Shown: in pieces, positions 26,403 to 26,926 of the stretch
How the letters are laid out: each line of letters opens with the position of its first letter
How positions within the stretch are numbered: the stretch's first letter is position 1
NCBI GenBank assembly: GCA_040377565.1
Contig: JBEION010000001.1
Coordinates: 1 to 26,926, forward strand
Direction of reading: 5' to 3'
Length of the DNA stretch: 26,926 nt
DNA from: Candidatus Nanopelagicales bacterium
Lineage (GTDB): Bacteria; Actinomycetota; Actinomycetes; S36-B12; UBA5976
The notes under the pieces: generated by a model
The model's database searches: none
Seen by the model: only the letters and a program-made list of their open reading frames with translations
Told to the model about the DNA's origin: nothing
Position numbers and translations under genes: made by a program

Positions 26403-26926
26403 ATGACAACGCTAAAGAACTTCATCAACGGCAAGTTCGTAGATTGCTCAAGCAACGAAACTATGTCGTTTGAAAATCCTGCAATCGGCCAGGTTTACGG
26501 AACTGCTCCACTTTCCCGAGCAAATGATGTTGATGCAGCATTTAAAGCTGCCAGTGATGCCTTCCTGGGTTGGAAGCGCACCGCACCAGCAGATCGCTCA
26601 CTTGCACTGTTCCGGATTGCAGATGCGATGGAAGCTCGCGCTGATGAAATTGTTGCCGCCGAAATTCAAAACACCGGCAAGCCACTTTGGTGGATGCGCG
26701 ATGCCGAATTCCCACAGTGCGTTGACCACACTCGTTTCCATGCAACTATGGCGCGCAACTTGCCAGGTTGGTCCACAGGCGAATTCCTAAGTGGTTACGA
26801 CTCAACAGTTCGCCGCGAACCAGTTGGTGTTTGTGCGCAGGTTGCACCTTGGAACTACCCGTTACTAATGGCGGTCTGGAAGTTTGCGCCAGCACTTGCA
26901 ATGGGTAACACCATCGTGTTGAAGCC
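26403..26926 (+). CDS. Aldehyde dehydrogenase, gamma-aminobutyraldehyde dehydrogenase-like (partial, runs off the window)
   Basis: My translation: MTTLKNFINGKF...NTGKP...RREPVGVCAQVAPWNYPLLMAVWKFAPALAMGNTIVLK. SD AAAGGAA. Missing from the ORF track because there is no stop codon. Confidence 0.85.
   Translation, partial: MTTLKNFINGKFVDCSSNETMSFENPAIGQVYGTAPLSRANDVDAAFKAASDAFLGWKRTAPADRSLALFRIADAMEARADEIVAAEIQNTGKPLWWMRDAEFPQCVDHTRFHATMARNLPGWSTGEFLSGYDSTVRREPVGVCAQVAPWNYPLLMAVWKFAPALAMGNTIVLK

Overview
A 26.9 kb chromosomal segment of an actinobacterium with roughly 50% GC (spot counts only; the compact layout resembles streamlined aquatic lineages, which is an inference). Positions 1-13913 hold the conserved actinobacterial core block: DUF4233-like 3' end, ndk, the TIGR03960-type radical SAM and TIGR03936/DUF2344 pair, rne, rplU, rpmA, obgE, proB, proA, an inserted sarcosine-oxidase-family gene, nadD, an LCP-like gene, rsfS, a histidine phosphatase and tRNA-Ala(GGC). 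The mreBCD-pbp2-rodA cluster, which follows ndk in Streptomyces, is not at this locus. After the tRNA comes an accessory region for nitrogen-compound catabolism. It contains an AT-richer alpha/beta hydrolase and a tightly coupled four-gene operon of unknown pathway (PF06684 'amino acid synthesis' protein, EthD-like protein, DHDPS-family lyase, proline-racemase-family enzyme with an unusual Ser/Cys dyad). That operon sits back-to-back with mmsA and an EamA transporter. The window ends with hutUIH plus an unknown membrane gene, a divergent hutG and a partial aminoaldehyde dehydrogenase. The best candidates for undescribed biology are the four-gene operon, the radical SAM/DUF2344 pair, and an L21 carrying a ~93-aa histone-H1-like PAKKA tail. 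I saw no CRISPR array, integrase, transposase or rRNA. All family assignments come from motif recognition by eye, not from database searches.
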